From Candidatus Eiseniibacteriota bacterium (GTDB taxonomy: Bacteria > Eisenbacteria > RBG-16-71-46), in contig JBGAOB010000003.1 in NCBI GenBank assembly GCA_044222045.1, positions 780 through 64,779 of the forward strand: a stretch of 64,000 nucleotides of DNA, read 5' to 3'. Shown piece after piece: positions 48,663 to 57,356 of the stretch (position 1 is the first letter of the stretch; every line of letters starts with the position of its first letter). The notes beneath the pieces were generated by a model. That model searched no databases. It was given only the letters and a program-made list of their open reading frames with translations, and had not been told where the DNA came from. The position numbers were made by a program, and so were the translations under genes.

Positions 48663-49652
48663 TCAGGCCGCGGCCTCTCCCGACCAGACATCGATCATCA
48701 CCTTTCCCGTCGCGTGGCCCTGCTCGACGTAGCGGATCGCGTCCGGCACCTCGCGCAGCGGGTAGTGGCGGTCGATCACGGGGGCGATGCGCCCGTCCGC
48801 CAGCCACTCGCCGAGCAGGGCGAGGTCCGCCGGCGTCGACTCGGAGACGCTGGCCGCGAACTTCCGGCGGCCCACCAGCGAACGCAACGGGGCCGTCAGC
48901 AGGGCCTCGCGGATCTGCGGCCACTCGCCGCCCACCATCAAGTAGATGCCGCGGAGAGCCAGCACCCGCGCGTAGTCTCGGATGGGGCGATACCCGTTGA
49001 CCGCGAACACCACGTCGTAGCGCTCGGCGCCCTGTGCGAAGTCGTCCTTCGTGTAGTCGAGCACCCGATCGGCGCCCAGCCTGCGGGCGAGGTCGCACTT
49101 GCCCGTGCTGCACACGGCGGTCACGTGCGCGCCCAGCCGCTTCGCGATCTGGAGCGCGAACGTGCCCACGCCACCCGACGCGCCGGCGACGAGCACCTTC
49201 TGCCCGGGCCGCAGCCGGGCGTGATCGCGGAGTCCCCTCAGCGCGGTTCCGCCCGCCATCGGCGTGGCCGCCGCGTCGTCGAACGACACGCCCACAGGCA
49301 CGCGGGTCACGGCGCGCTCGGGCACGCAGACGTATTCCGCGAAGCCGCCGTAGCCGAACTGCGCGAGGTCGCCGAACACGTCGTCCCCCACCCGGAAGTG
49401 CGTCGCGCGATCGCCCAGCGCGTCGACCGTGCCGGCGACATCGCTGCCGAGCGTGTGCACGTGCGGTCGCAGCAGGCCCGCGCTGAGCCGCGCCATGGCG
49501 GGCCGGGCGCGCAGGAGGCGCCAGTCAGGAGCGTTCACCGACACGCGGCGGATACGGATGCGAACCTGGTCGCCGCGCGGCTCGGGCGTGGCGACTTCCT
49601 GCAGGTGCAGCACCTCGGGAGGCCCGTACCTGTCGTAGACGATCGCCTGCAT
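48663..49652 (-). CDS. NAD(P)-dependent medium-chain dehydrogenase/reductase (quinone oxidoreductase-like)
   Basis: MQAIVYDRYGPPEVL..., GSDVAG.V, LVAGASGGVGTFALQIAK Rossmann motif, C-terminal GHATGKVMI. No structural zinc Cys cluster. Confidence 0.85.
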   Translation of the reverse strand: MQAIVYDRYGPPEVLHLQEVATPEPRGDQVRIRIRRVSVNAPDWRLLRARPAMARLSAGLLRPHVHTLGSDVAGTVDALGDRATHFRVGDDVFGDLAQFGYGGFAEYVCVPERAVTRVPVGVSFDDAAATPMAGGTALRGLRDHARLRPGQKVLVAGASGGVGTFALQIAKRLGAHVTAVCSTGKCDLARRLGADRVLDYTKDDFAQGAERYDVVFAVNGYRPIRDYARVLALRGIYLMVGGEWPQIREALLTAPLRSLVGRRKFAASVSESTPADLALLGEWLADGRIAPVIDRHYPLREVPDAIRYVEQGHATGKVMIDVWSGEAAA

Positions 49653-49843
49653 GCGGCGCCCCCTTCGAAGCGCGAGTGCTCGAACGCCGGGCCCGTGTGG
49701 CCCGGTCCGCGCGCGATCGTACGGCCGGGCCGCTCGCATGCAGCACGCCCGTGCTCCCGCGATCGAACGGCCGGGCGTGGACGCCCGGCCGTCGGCGGAT
49801 CCCGGCCGTCCACCGTCGGGGGCGGGTCGCGGGACGTCGGCGG

Positions 49844-50269
49844 TCAGCGGCCGCGCGGGCGGGTCGCCTTCGCGGACTTCGTCCTGGCGGGGTTGGCCCG
49901 GTTCAGGGCGACGGCCGCACGGACGAGCTGCTTCAGCGCGGCCTCGTCCACCTTCTCGCCCTCGCGGATGTCGATCGCGCGGCGGATGTTGCCCTCGAGG
50001 CTCGAGTTGAAGAGCCCCTTCGGATCCTCGAGCGAAGCGCCCTTCGCGAACGTCAGCTTGACGACGCTCTTGTAGGACTCGCCCGTGCAGATCAGGCCGT
50101 CGTGCGACCAGACGGGGATGCCCCACTTCCACTCTTCGACGACCCCCGGGTCCGCGGCGTGGATGAGCTTGCGCACCTTCGCCAGCAGCTTCCCGCGCCA
50201 GTCGCCGAGTTCCTCGATGCGCTCGTCGATCCGGGCGGATGCGGGCGGCCCCGTGGCGGGCTTCTTCAT
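49844..50269 (-). CDS. DUF1801 (YdhG-like) domain protein
   Basis: ATG 50269 after GGAGG. WRGKLLAKVRKLIHAADPGVVEEWKWGIPVWSHDGLICTGESYKSVVKLTFAKGASL matches the family closely as I remember it. Confidence 0.85.
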   Translation of the reverse strand: MKKPATGPPASARIDERIEELGDWRGKLLAKVRKLIHAADPGVVEEWKWGIPVWSHDGLICTGESYKSVVKLTFAKGASLEDPKGLFNSSLEGNIRRAIDIREGEKVDEAALKQLVRAAVALNRANPARTKSAKATRPRGR

Positions 50270-50373
50270 GGACACCTCCGGCGTGAGATCAGCGTGACGA
50301 AGTGGTTGGGCCGGCCGCCGCGCGGCGGGACGCGCGGAATGCGTCGCTTCCGCTCGGAGTGGGTCGCACGGGC

Positions 50374-50919
50374 TCATCCGCCGGGCGTGTCGACGCCGAA
50401 CTGCGCTCCGTACTCCGAGACCAGCCGCTGCCAGCCGTCGAACTTCATGGCGTCTGCGCCCACGATGCGTCCGATCGGTTCGCCGGCGAGCTGGTGATCG
50501 AGTACGTCGAGGCACACGTGCCAACCGGCGGCGCCCCACGCGATGAAGCGGCGGTCGATGTTGTGCCACAGCGTGAGGCGGGTGCCGCCGTCCATCGGCT
50601 CGAGCTGCCAGCGAAGGTCGCTCCCGCCCCAGCTGTACTCGAGCAGCGACGGTGGTTCGGCGCGCCTGACGACGGTGTCCGACACCTGGGGCGCGGGCGT
50701 GCCGACCGTGGACAGTTTCACCGATCCCACGCGGGCGAGGCTGCTGTCCGCGTCGAAGGGCGCCCACTCCCGAAGGTGCACGGGATCGGTCAGCGCCTCC
50801 CACACGCGCTCCGGAGGGTGGCGGAGGTCGCGCACGAGGACGAGCGTCCACTCGTCGCCCTGCCGGTGCACTCGGGCGCCGGCGGCGGGGCCGGGCGCGT
50901 AGCGGTCACGCGTGCTCAT
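50374..50919 (-). CDS. SRPBCC / AHSA1-like (activator of Hsp90 ATPase homologue 1-like) protein
   Basis: ATG 50919 overlaps the ArsR stop (ATGA). ...PERVWEALTDP..L.EW...LEYSW....LRW.L......GTRLTL is typical. Classic partner of ArsR regulators. Confidence 0.85.
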   Translation of the reverse strand: MSTRDRYAPGPAAGARVHRQGDEWTLVLVRDLRHPPERVWEALTDPVHLREWAPFDADSSLARVGSVKLSTVGTPAPQVSDTVVRRAEPPSLLEYSWGGSDLRWQLEPMDGGTRLTLWHNIDRRFIAWGAAGWHVCLDVLDHQLAGEPIGRIVGADAMKFDGWQRLVSEYGAQFGVDTPGG

Positions 50920-51278
50920 CGTTGCTTCCCCTTCGAGCGTGCGGCCCGGTTGCGGGCCCTGGTGGGGAGTTCTCGTTCCATGCGATCCAGGTGGCGTTCG
51001 AGCGCGTCGACGCGAGCCGTCCAGTAACGTCGGAACGGCTCGAGCCACGCATCGACTTCCATGAGTGGTTCGGGTCGAAGCCGGTAGACGCGCCGCTGCG
51101 CGTCGATGCGAGACTCGACGAGCCCGGCGTCCCGGAGCACGCGGAGATGCTTGGAAACGGAGGGCTGGGGCAACCGGAGGTGGTCTTCGAGCTCTCCGAC
51201 CGACCGCTCCGACGTGGCGAGCAGGTTCAGGAGGGCGCGGCGGTTCGGCTCGGCGAGAACGGCGAACGCGGATTCCAT
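50916..51278 (-). CDS. ArsR/SmtB-family transcriptional regulator
   Basis: FAVLAEPNRRALLNLLATSERSVGELEDHLRLPQPSVSKHLRVLRDAGLVESR..AQRRVYRL is the winged-helix signature. Confidence 0.9.
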   Translation of the reverse strand: MESAFAVLAEPNRRALLNLLATSERSVGELEDHLRLPQPSVSKHLRVLRDAGLVESRIDAQRRVYRLRPEPLMEVDAWLEPFRRYWTARVDALERHLDRMERELPTRARNRAARSKGKQR

Positions 51279-51285
51279 GCTGCGT

Positions 51286-51305
51286 ATATGCCAGACGGGG
51301 CATAT
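51286..51305. promoter_or_regulatory. inverted repeat ATATGCC-N6-GGCATAT, candidate ArsR-family operator
   Basis: Starts 8 nt upstream of the ArsR ATG (51278) in an unusually AT-rich patch. Confidence 0.4.
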
Positions 51306-51505
51306 GCAGGTCAAGGCACTTCTCTCGCCGGCGGAGCCCGGCGCGCAATCCCGTCGGCGGATTCGACGGCGCGTGAGGGTTTCGGGCCCGCCTTTTCGCA
51401 TGGTGGGGCGAGAGGCGTGCACGCCCGACGGCTCCCGGCGGACGGGACGGCCGTACGGAACGAACGCCAAGGACCCGGCGGATTCACGACTGGAGGGGCT
51501 TCCCG

Positions 51506-53917
51506 ATGGATTCGCGTTCGCATCGCGCCGCAACCCGGTGCCACCGGGAGGCCTCGCGCCTACCCGGCTCGTTCGCCCTCGCGCTGGCGCTGCTGGTGCT
51601 CGCGTCCGGCGCGGAGCCGAGCCATGCCCAGGTCCTCGACTCGCTGGTGTGGGGATCCAACAACCGCGTCACGCGGACGGTTCGCGTCGCGAACACGATC
51701 TACCAGTGCGGGCTCTTCACGACTGTGTTTCCGCACACGGGCGGCGGCGTCGCACTGACGGTGGCGACGGGCCTTCCCCGCTCCCCGTTCCCGCGCATCA
51801 ACGGCCTCGTCCACTGCTCGCTCCCCGACGGCGCCGGCGGATGGTACGTCGGGGGCAACTTCCTCACGGTGGGCTCGATGGCGCGGACGCACCTCGTGCA
51901 CGTGCGGGCGGACGGCACGGTGTCCGCGTGGAACCCGGCGCCGAACAACCCCGTCTACTCGCTGGCGCGGGCGAACGGCGTCATCGTGGCCGGGGGTGGC
52001 TTCACCGCGATCGGCGGCCAGGCGCGCCTGCGGCTCGCGGCGCTGGACCCGGTGACCGGCGCGGCCACCGCCTGGAATCCGGGCGCCAACGGCATCGTGC
52101 TCACGATGCTCGCCGAGGGGGATTCGATATTCGTGGGCGGCAACTTCACGTCCATCGGCGGGCAGGCGCGCAGTTGCGCGGCGCTGCTGGACGGCGTGAC
52201 CGGCGCGGTGGGCGCCTGGGCGCCGGAGCCGAACGGCGACGTGCTCGCCCTGGTGAAGCGCGACAGCATGCTGATCCTGGGTGGAGCCTTCACCAGCGTC
52301 GGCGGCCAGTTGCGCGGCCGCCTGGCCGAGGTGCACCGGCGCACGGGCGTGCTCTCGAGCTGGAACCCCAACGCGAACGGCACCGTCAACGCGCTGGCCG
52401 CGAACGAGTCGATCGTGTTCGCGGGCGGCGGCTTCACGAGCATCGCCGGGCAGGCGCGCGGCCGGCTCGCGGCGATCACTCGAGCGGGCGCGGTCACGCC
52501 GTTCAATCCCAACCCCAACGCGAGCGTGCAGGCCCTGGCCCTCGACGCCGACACGTTGCGCGTCGGCGGTGCGTTCAACTTCATCGCCGGGCAGGTGCGC
52601 AACTACCTCGCGGGGCTCGACGCTTCGCTGGGCACGGCACACGCGTGGCACCCCGATGCGGGCGGCGCCGTCCTCACGCTGAACGCGAACGGTCGCGAAC
52701 TCTACGTGGGCGGAGCGTTCACCTTCATCGGCCAGCGCACCCGCAATCGCGTCGCCGCGTTCGACGCCACCACGGGACTCGTGCACGAATGGAATCCCGA
52801 CGCCAACAACGAAGTGCTCGACCTGGTCGAATGGGGAAACACCGTCTACGTGGCGGGCGCGTTCACGAGCATCGGCGGGCAGCCGCGCAACCGGCTCGCG
52901 GCCATCGACGCGGGCACCGGGCTCGCCACCGCGTGGAATCCGGGCGCGAACAACGTGGTCGAGGCGATCGTTCTGGACGGCCCCACGCTCTACGCCGCGG
53001 GCCAGTTCACGAACCTCGGCGGCCAGGTCCGAAACCGCATCGGCGCGGTGGACGCCGCCACCGGAGCCGCGCTCGCGTGGAATCCGAACGTGAACGGCGT
53101 CATCAACGCCGTCCTCGACCTGGGCAGCACGCTGGTCGTGGGCGGAGTGTTCAGCAACGCGGGCGGACAACCGCGCGCGAACCTCGCCGAACTCCGGAAG
53201 ACCGACGGCTCCGCCACGGCGTGGAACCCGTCCGCCAGTGGTGCCGTGCAATCACTCGCGCGCTGGCGCGGGAACGTGGTGGTGGGTGGCGCGTTCACCA
53301 CGCTCGGTGGGCAGGCACGCAACCGCATCGGCGAGGTCGACGGCGCGGGTGCCGCCACGACCTGGAATCCCGACGCGAACGGCATCGTGTACGCCGTGGC
53401 GGCGAACGGGTCGAACGTCTTCGCCGGTGGTGCGTTCGGATTCATCGGTGGCCAGACGCGCAGTCGGCTCGCGGTGCTCGAGGCCGATGGCCAGGCGATG
53501 TTCGGGTGGGAAGCCAACGTGACCGGCGCCGTGTACGGCCTGCACGCGGCGGGCACCAAGCTCTACGTGGCCGGCGACTTCACGTTCGTGAAGGGCCTGA
53601 GCCTGTTCGATGCCACCGCGGCCACGGTGCCCCTGGGCGTGGATGCCCCCCCGACGCATCGCCCGAGCGGGCTCGCGCTGGGCGCGTCCCCGAACCCCGC
53701 GCGGGCTTCCACGAGGCTGTACTTCACGCTGCCGCGATCGGGCCACGTGACGCTCGCCCTCCACGACGCGGCCGGCCATCTACTTCGCCCGGCTCGACGC
53801 GAACCTCGAGCAGGTGGTGCGCAAGGTGATCGTATCGAGGTGACGCCCCGCCGCTCGCTCACAGCACGCGGGCGACGCCCGGAATCCGGCGCAGGAGCGC
53901 GACCACGCCCCAGCTGA
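51506..53917 (+). CDS. propeller-repeat family member 4; C-terminal domain carries an internal out-of-frame deletion
   Basis: 803-aa ORF. Signal ...FALALALLVLASGAEPSHA. Same repeat family. C-terminal domain reads ...RLYFTLPRSGHVTLALHDAAG, then the frame breaks at 53774..53778. The conserved end IYFARLDANLEQVVRKVIVSR-stop (to 53843) is in the +1 frame. The literal ORF runs to 53917. Confidence 0.7.
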   Translation: MDSRSHRAATRCHREASRLPGSFALALALLVLASGAEPSHAQVLDSLVWGSNNRVTRTVRVANTIYQCGLFTTVFPHTGGGVALTVATGLPRSPFPRINGLVHCSLPDGAGGWYVGGNFLTVGSMARTHLVHVRADGTVSAWNPAPNNPVYSLARANGVIVAGGGFTAIGGQARLRLAALDPVTGAATAWNPGANGIVLTMLAEGDSIFVGGNFTSIGGQARSCAALLDGVTGAVGAWAPEPNGDVLALVKRDSMLILGGAFTSVGGQLRGRLAEVHRRTGVLSSWNPNANGTVNALAANESIVFAGGGFTSIAGQARGRLAAITRAGAVTPFNPNPNASVQALALDADTLRVGGAFNFIAGQVRNYLAGLDASLGTAHAWHPDAGGAVLTLNANGRELYVGGAFTFIGQRTRNRVAAFDATTGLVHEWNPDANNEVLDLVEWGNTVYVAGAFTSIGGQPRNRLAAIDAGTGLATAWNPGANNVVEAIVLDGPTLYAAGQFTNLGGQVRNRIGAVDAATGAALAWNPNVNGVINAVLDLGSTLVVGGVFSNAGGQPRANLAELRKTDGSATAWNPSASGAVQSLARWRGNVVVGGAFTTLGGQARNRIGEVDGAGAATTWNPDANGIVYAVAANGSNVFAGGAFGFIGGQTRSRLAVLEADGQAMFGWEANVTGAVYGLHAAGTKLYVAGDFTFVKGLSLFDATAATVPLGVDAPPTHRPSGLALGASPNPARASTRLYFTLPRSGHVTLALHDAAGHLLRPARREPRAGGAQGDRIEVTPRRSLTARGRRPESGAGARPRPS

Positions 53918-55055
53918 TGGCCACGGACCCGGCGCTCACGAGCAACCCCTTCACCAGGGCGGGCGCCGCCAGGCCCAGGTGCAGGTACTGGAGGTGCGTC
54001 ACGATCGGGTAGTGCACCAGGTACATGCCGTACGCGCAGGGCACGAGCGCGGCGAACACCGCGTTCGGCTGGCGCGCGAAACGCAGGAACAGCGCGAGCG
54101 CGGCCACGGACATGGTCGCCCCGGCCAGCGTGAACCCGAGATCGGCGGCGAGGTGCAGCCACATCGGCAGCGGGCGCACGGTGAACACCGCGATGATCAC
54201 CGCCACCGCCGCGACGAACGCGAGCGACGCGAAGTTCAGCCAGCGTTTCCACGTGCGCGCGAGCGGCCCAGCGGGGGCGAGCACGCCCTCCCCCACGCCT
54301 TTCGCGCCGAGCACGATACCGAACACGAAGTACGTGAAGTAGAGCAGCAGGCGTCCCGTCTGCACGTCGAACGGTCCCCAGTGCGCCCACGGGAGCCCGC
54401 CCACCGGCAGCTCGAGGGCGAGGTACGCCAGGCTGGCGCACGCGAACAACGCGCCGAAGAGCGCCCCGGGCGTGTGCAGCCTCGCCGCGGCCCGCCCGAG
54501 CGCATCCCCCCAGCGCGGGCGAAGCGCCGTCCCGGCCGCCACGACGGCGTCGAAGACGAGCAGCACCCACAGGAACCACACGGGGCCCGATGCCCACACG
54601 CCGGGCCGGGTGAACACGTCCCAGTAGCCCGCCCAGCCGCCGGTCCCGCCGGTCTGCAGGTACGCGGGGTAGTAGGCCAGCGGCGCGAGCAGCCCCGCCC
54701 CGACCGCGAACGGGATGCCCAGCCGCACCACGCGGTCGCGCAGGTAGCCGCCCGCGCCCTTGCGGCGCAACGACGGCCACACGAACAGGCCCGACAGCAG
54801 GAACATCAGCGACATGAAGTACATCTCGTTCGCGGTGGTGAACAGCGAGAAGCCCTGCCAGCGCGCCGTGTCCACGACCGGGAACGCGCCCCAGATACGG
54901 TTCCCGGCGTCCAGCGCGGGGCCGGGCTTCGGCGCTTCGGGGACGTACGCCAGCACGGCGTGGTGGCACACCACCAGCACGGTGGTCCATGCGCGCAGGT
55001 AGCCGATCGGGGTCGAGTAGCCGGGGGCCGACGACGGCCGGACGGGTTCGGTCAT
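53859..55055 (-). CDS. acyltransferase family 3 (OafA/NolL-type) membrane protein
   Basis: 398-aa ORF, GAGGAG upstream. ...YLRAWTTVLVVCHHAVLAY... plus about 10 TM helices, typical of PF01757. Confidence 0.85.
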   Translation of the reverse strand: MTEPVRPSSAPGYSTPIGYLRAWTTVLVVCHHAVLAYVPEAPKPGPALDAGNRIWGAFPVVDTARWQGFSLFTTANEMYFMSLMFLLSGLFVWPSLRRKGAGGYLRDRVVRLGIPFAVGAGLLAPLAYYPAYLQTGGTGGWAGYWDVFTRPGVWASGPVWFLWVLLVFDAVVAAGTALRPRWGDALGRAAARLHTPGALFGALFACASLAYLALELPVGGLPWAHWGPFDVQTGRLLLYFTYFVFGIVLGAKGVGEGVLAPAGPLARTWKRWLNFASLAFVAAVAVIIAVFTVRPLPMWLHLAADLGFTLAGATMSVAALALFLRFARQPNAVFAALVPCAYGMYLVHYPIVTHLQYLHLGLAAPALVKGLLVSAGSVAISWGVVALLRRIPGVARVL

Positions 55056-55160
55056 GCGTTTCTCCTCGCGGTGCGCCCGCGATCCGCACGCGGGCGGCCG
55101 CCACGCCCGTGGCGACGCCCGCAGAGTGCCCGGCGGCCGCGCGGAGTCCGAGGCGACTTT

Positions 55161-55201
55161 GACGAACCGCTGCCGTGCGGGGACGAACCGCCCGGTTCGT
55201 C
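55161..55201 (-). promoter_or_regulatory. two direct GCGGTTCGTC boxes 21 bp apart plus one inverted CCGGTTCGTC copy: candidate LytTR sites, and a hairpin at the response-regulator stop
   Basis: Plus strand has GACGAACCGC at 55161..55170 and at 55182..55191 (11-nt spacer), then CC and GGTTCGTC at 55194..55201. The last two copies form an 8-bp stem with a 4-nt loop overlapping the stop at 55200. Lies 106-146 nt upstream of the acyltransferase ATG 55055. Confidence 0.5.
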
Positions 55202-55964
55202 AGAACGGATTCGCAGCGAGTGCGCGCAGCCGGTCGGCGTAGGTGCGGCCGGAGTTCAGCCGCGTGCCGTCTCGCAGCACCACCTCGAACTCCCCGTGCA
55301 CACCCGGCACCAGCGCCCCGATGCGCGACACCTGCACGATCGTCGAACGATGGATGCGCAGGAACGTCGCGGGGTCGAGCGAGCGTTCGAGCGTGCTCAG
55401 CGGGACGTGCAGCAGGTGGCACTGGTGCCCCACGTGCAACTCCACGTAGTTCTCGGCCGCGCCGATCCAGTCGACGTCGTCCACCTCCACGAACACCGTG
55501 CGGCCCGACTCCTTCACCGCGATGCGTCGCACGAACCGCCGGGGCGCCGCGAGCTGTTCGAGCAGTTCGGCCACGCGGCTCGCTTCGCCCTCGGACGCCT
55601 GGCGCAGCCGCGTGCGTGCGCGCGCCAGTGCCTGAGCGAAGCGCTCCTCGGTGACGGGCTTGAGCAGGTAGTCCACGGCGTTCATCTCGAACGCGGCGAT
55701 CGCGTGCTCGTCGTGCGCGGTCACGAACAGCGTGGCGGGCATGCGTTCGGCGCCCACCGCGGCGACCACGCCGAGCCCGTCCAGTTCGGGCATCTGCACG
55801 TCGAGCAGCACCAGGTCCGGCGGATCGGTGGTGATGCGCGCCACCGCGTCGGCGCCGTTCACGGCTTCGGCGATCCGCACGCACTCGGGATCCCGGCTCA
55901 GCAGGTCGCGCAGCAGCGCGCGTGCGAGCGGTTCGTCGTCAACGATCAGGCACGTGTAGGGCAT
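55200..55964 (-). CDS. LytTR/AlgR-family response regulator
   Basis: CLIVDDEPLAR...LVLLDVQMPELDG...FVTAHDEHAIAAFE.NAVDYLLKP receiver domain, plus a C-terminal LytTR domain (...FVEVDDVDWIGAAENYVELHV......TL..LE..LDP..FLRIHRS.IV). Confidence 0.9.
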   Translation of the reverse strand: MPYTCLIVDDEPLARALLRDLLSRDPECVRIAEAVNGADAVARITTDPPDLVLLDVQMPELDGLGVVAAVGAERMPATLFVTAHDEHAIAAFEMNAVDYLLKPVTEERFAQALARARTRLRQASEGEASRVAELLEQLAAPRRFVRRIAVKESGRTVFVEVDDVDWIGAAENYVELHVGHQCHLLHVPLSTLERSLDPATFLRIHRSTIVQVSRIGALVPGVHGEFEVVLRDGTRLNSGRTYADRLRALAANPF

Positions 55965-57123
55965 ACGCCACCCGCTCCTCCTGCGGCGCGTCCGCGGCCT
56001 CGCGGTACGGCAGCTCCAGGGTGACCCGCACGCCGTGCGGATCGGCCGGCGCGATCGCCAGCGACGCGGCGTCGCCGTACAGCCGGGCCAGCCGCGCGCG
56101 TGTGTTCGCGAGTCCGATGCCCGTGGAATCCGTCGCGCCGTCCGGCGGCATGCCGGGGCCGTCGTCCTCCACCGTCAGCACGAGCGTTCCTCCTTCGCGC
56201 CGCGCGCGGACCGCCACGCGACCGGCGTGGGCGCTGCGGCCGAGGCCGTGGCGGATCGCGTTCTCCACGAACGGCTGGAGGCAGAGGTGCGGCACGAGCG
56301 CGTCGAGCAGCCCGTTCTCGGCGGACACCTCGGGGCGCAGGCGGTCCGGGAAGCGCACTTCCTCGATCGCGAGGTACAGCCGCAGGTACTCCAGCTCGCG
56401 GCGCAGAGGCACCTCGTGCGATTGGCCGTCCTCCAGCACGCAGCGCAGCAGGTCGGCGAGTCGGCCCAGCATGACCTCGGCCTGCGCGTTCTTGCCCTGC
56501 CGCACCAGCGACATGATCGCGTTGAGCGTGTTGAACAGGAAGTGCGGCTGGAGCTGGGCCTTGAGTGCTCCGAGTTGCGCGCTGGCCAGCTGCGTGTGCA
56601 GCTCCGCGGTGCGCACCTGCAGCCGCGCGGCTTCGTCGCGGCGCTCCAGGAACCCGCGGTAGAAGTCCCAGCCCGCCTGCAGCGCCAGGATCGTCCAGTA
56701 CGTGAACACGGCCGGGTGGAAGCCGAGCATCGCCAGGACGACGAACGCGGCGACCGGGCCCTTCATGACGTTGGGGTACACGTGCAGGCTCGACAGCACG
56801 AGCGCCTGCAGCAGCAGCTGCACGATGGTCGTGCCCACGCTGAACACCGCGTGCACGAGCGCAGGGCCGAGCCAGTCGCGCCGGCGGAGCGGGAAGCGTC
56901 GCCCCAGCCAGAGGATCAACGGGGTCGTGAGCGCCGCGATCCACACGCCCACGAGCCACGACACCAGGGAGTGCCACCACGGCGTCGGGTCGCCGCTGAG
57001 GCGCCTCTGCACGAAGCTCTGGCTGAAGTAGAAGAGCCCGACGGCCGTCCACACCGCGAAGATCAACGCGGCGTTGCGCACGTGGTGCGCGGCCGGTGGC
57101 CGGGTGGTGGGCGGCGAATCCAT
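55939..57123 (-). CDS. LytS/YehU-type sensor histidine kinase
   Basis: About 5 N-terminal TM helices. LKAQLQPHFLFNTLNAI (His_kinase PF06580 motif). HATPase region ENAIRHG...VEDDGPG...GIGLANTRARL. Overlaps the regulator start by 26 nt. Confidence 0.9.
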   Translation of the reverse strand: MDSPPTTRPPAAHHVRNAALIFAVWTAVGLFYFSQSFVQRRLSGDPTPWWHSLVSWLVGVWIAALTTPLILWLGRRFPLRRRDWLGPALVHAVFSVGTTIVQLLLQALVLSSLHVYPNVMKGPVAAFVVLAMLGFHPAVFTYWTILALQAGWDFYRGFLERRDEAARLQVRTAELHTQLASAQLGALKAQLQPHFLFNTLNAIMSLVRQGKNAQAEVMLGRLADLLRCVLEDGQSHEVPLRRELEYLRLYLAIEEVRFPDRLRPEVSAENGLLDALVPHLCLQPFVENAIRHGLGRSAHAGRVAVRARREGGTLVLTVEDDGPGMPPDGATDSTGIGLANTRARLARLYGDAASLAIAPADPHGVRVTLELPYREAADAPQEERVAYALHVPDR

Positions 57124-57129
57124 GCGGCC

Positions 57130-57135
57130 ACGTTA
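57130..57135 (-). promoter_or_regulatory. -10-like hexamer TAACGT 6 nt upstream of the histidine-kinase ATG (leaderless-type start)
   Basis: Minus strand reads GGGTAACGT-GGCCGC-ATG. No SD. Confidence 0.35.
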
Positions 57136-57168
57136 CCCGACCACCGGGCCGGGGCGCGCGCCCGGAGT

Positions 57169-57199
57169 GACGAACCGGCCGCTCGCGTGGACGAACGGG
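57169..57199 (-). promoter_or_regulatory. direct repeats CCCGTTCGTC-N11-CCGGTTCGTC: candidate LytTR autoregulatory site
   Basis: Plus strand has GACGAACCGG at 57169..57178 and GACGAACGGG at 57190..57199. Exact 21-bp period, 46-76 nt upstream of the kinase ATG 57123, same orientation as the boxes at 55161..55191. Confidence 0.55.
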
Positions 57200-57356
57200 C
57201 CCGGGGTGCGGCACGCCCGTGGTGTATTCGCTTGCCCTTCGCGTGGATATCGTCGGAGAGTCCGTGGATCGCGGGACCGGTGCGCTCGGAGCCGCGCACA
57301 CCCCCGATCATCGACCCCGCCGCGCCGCGACCCTTCCCCTCGGAGCCCACCACCGG

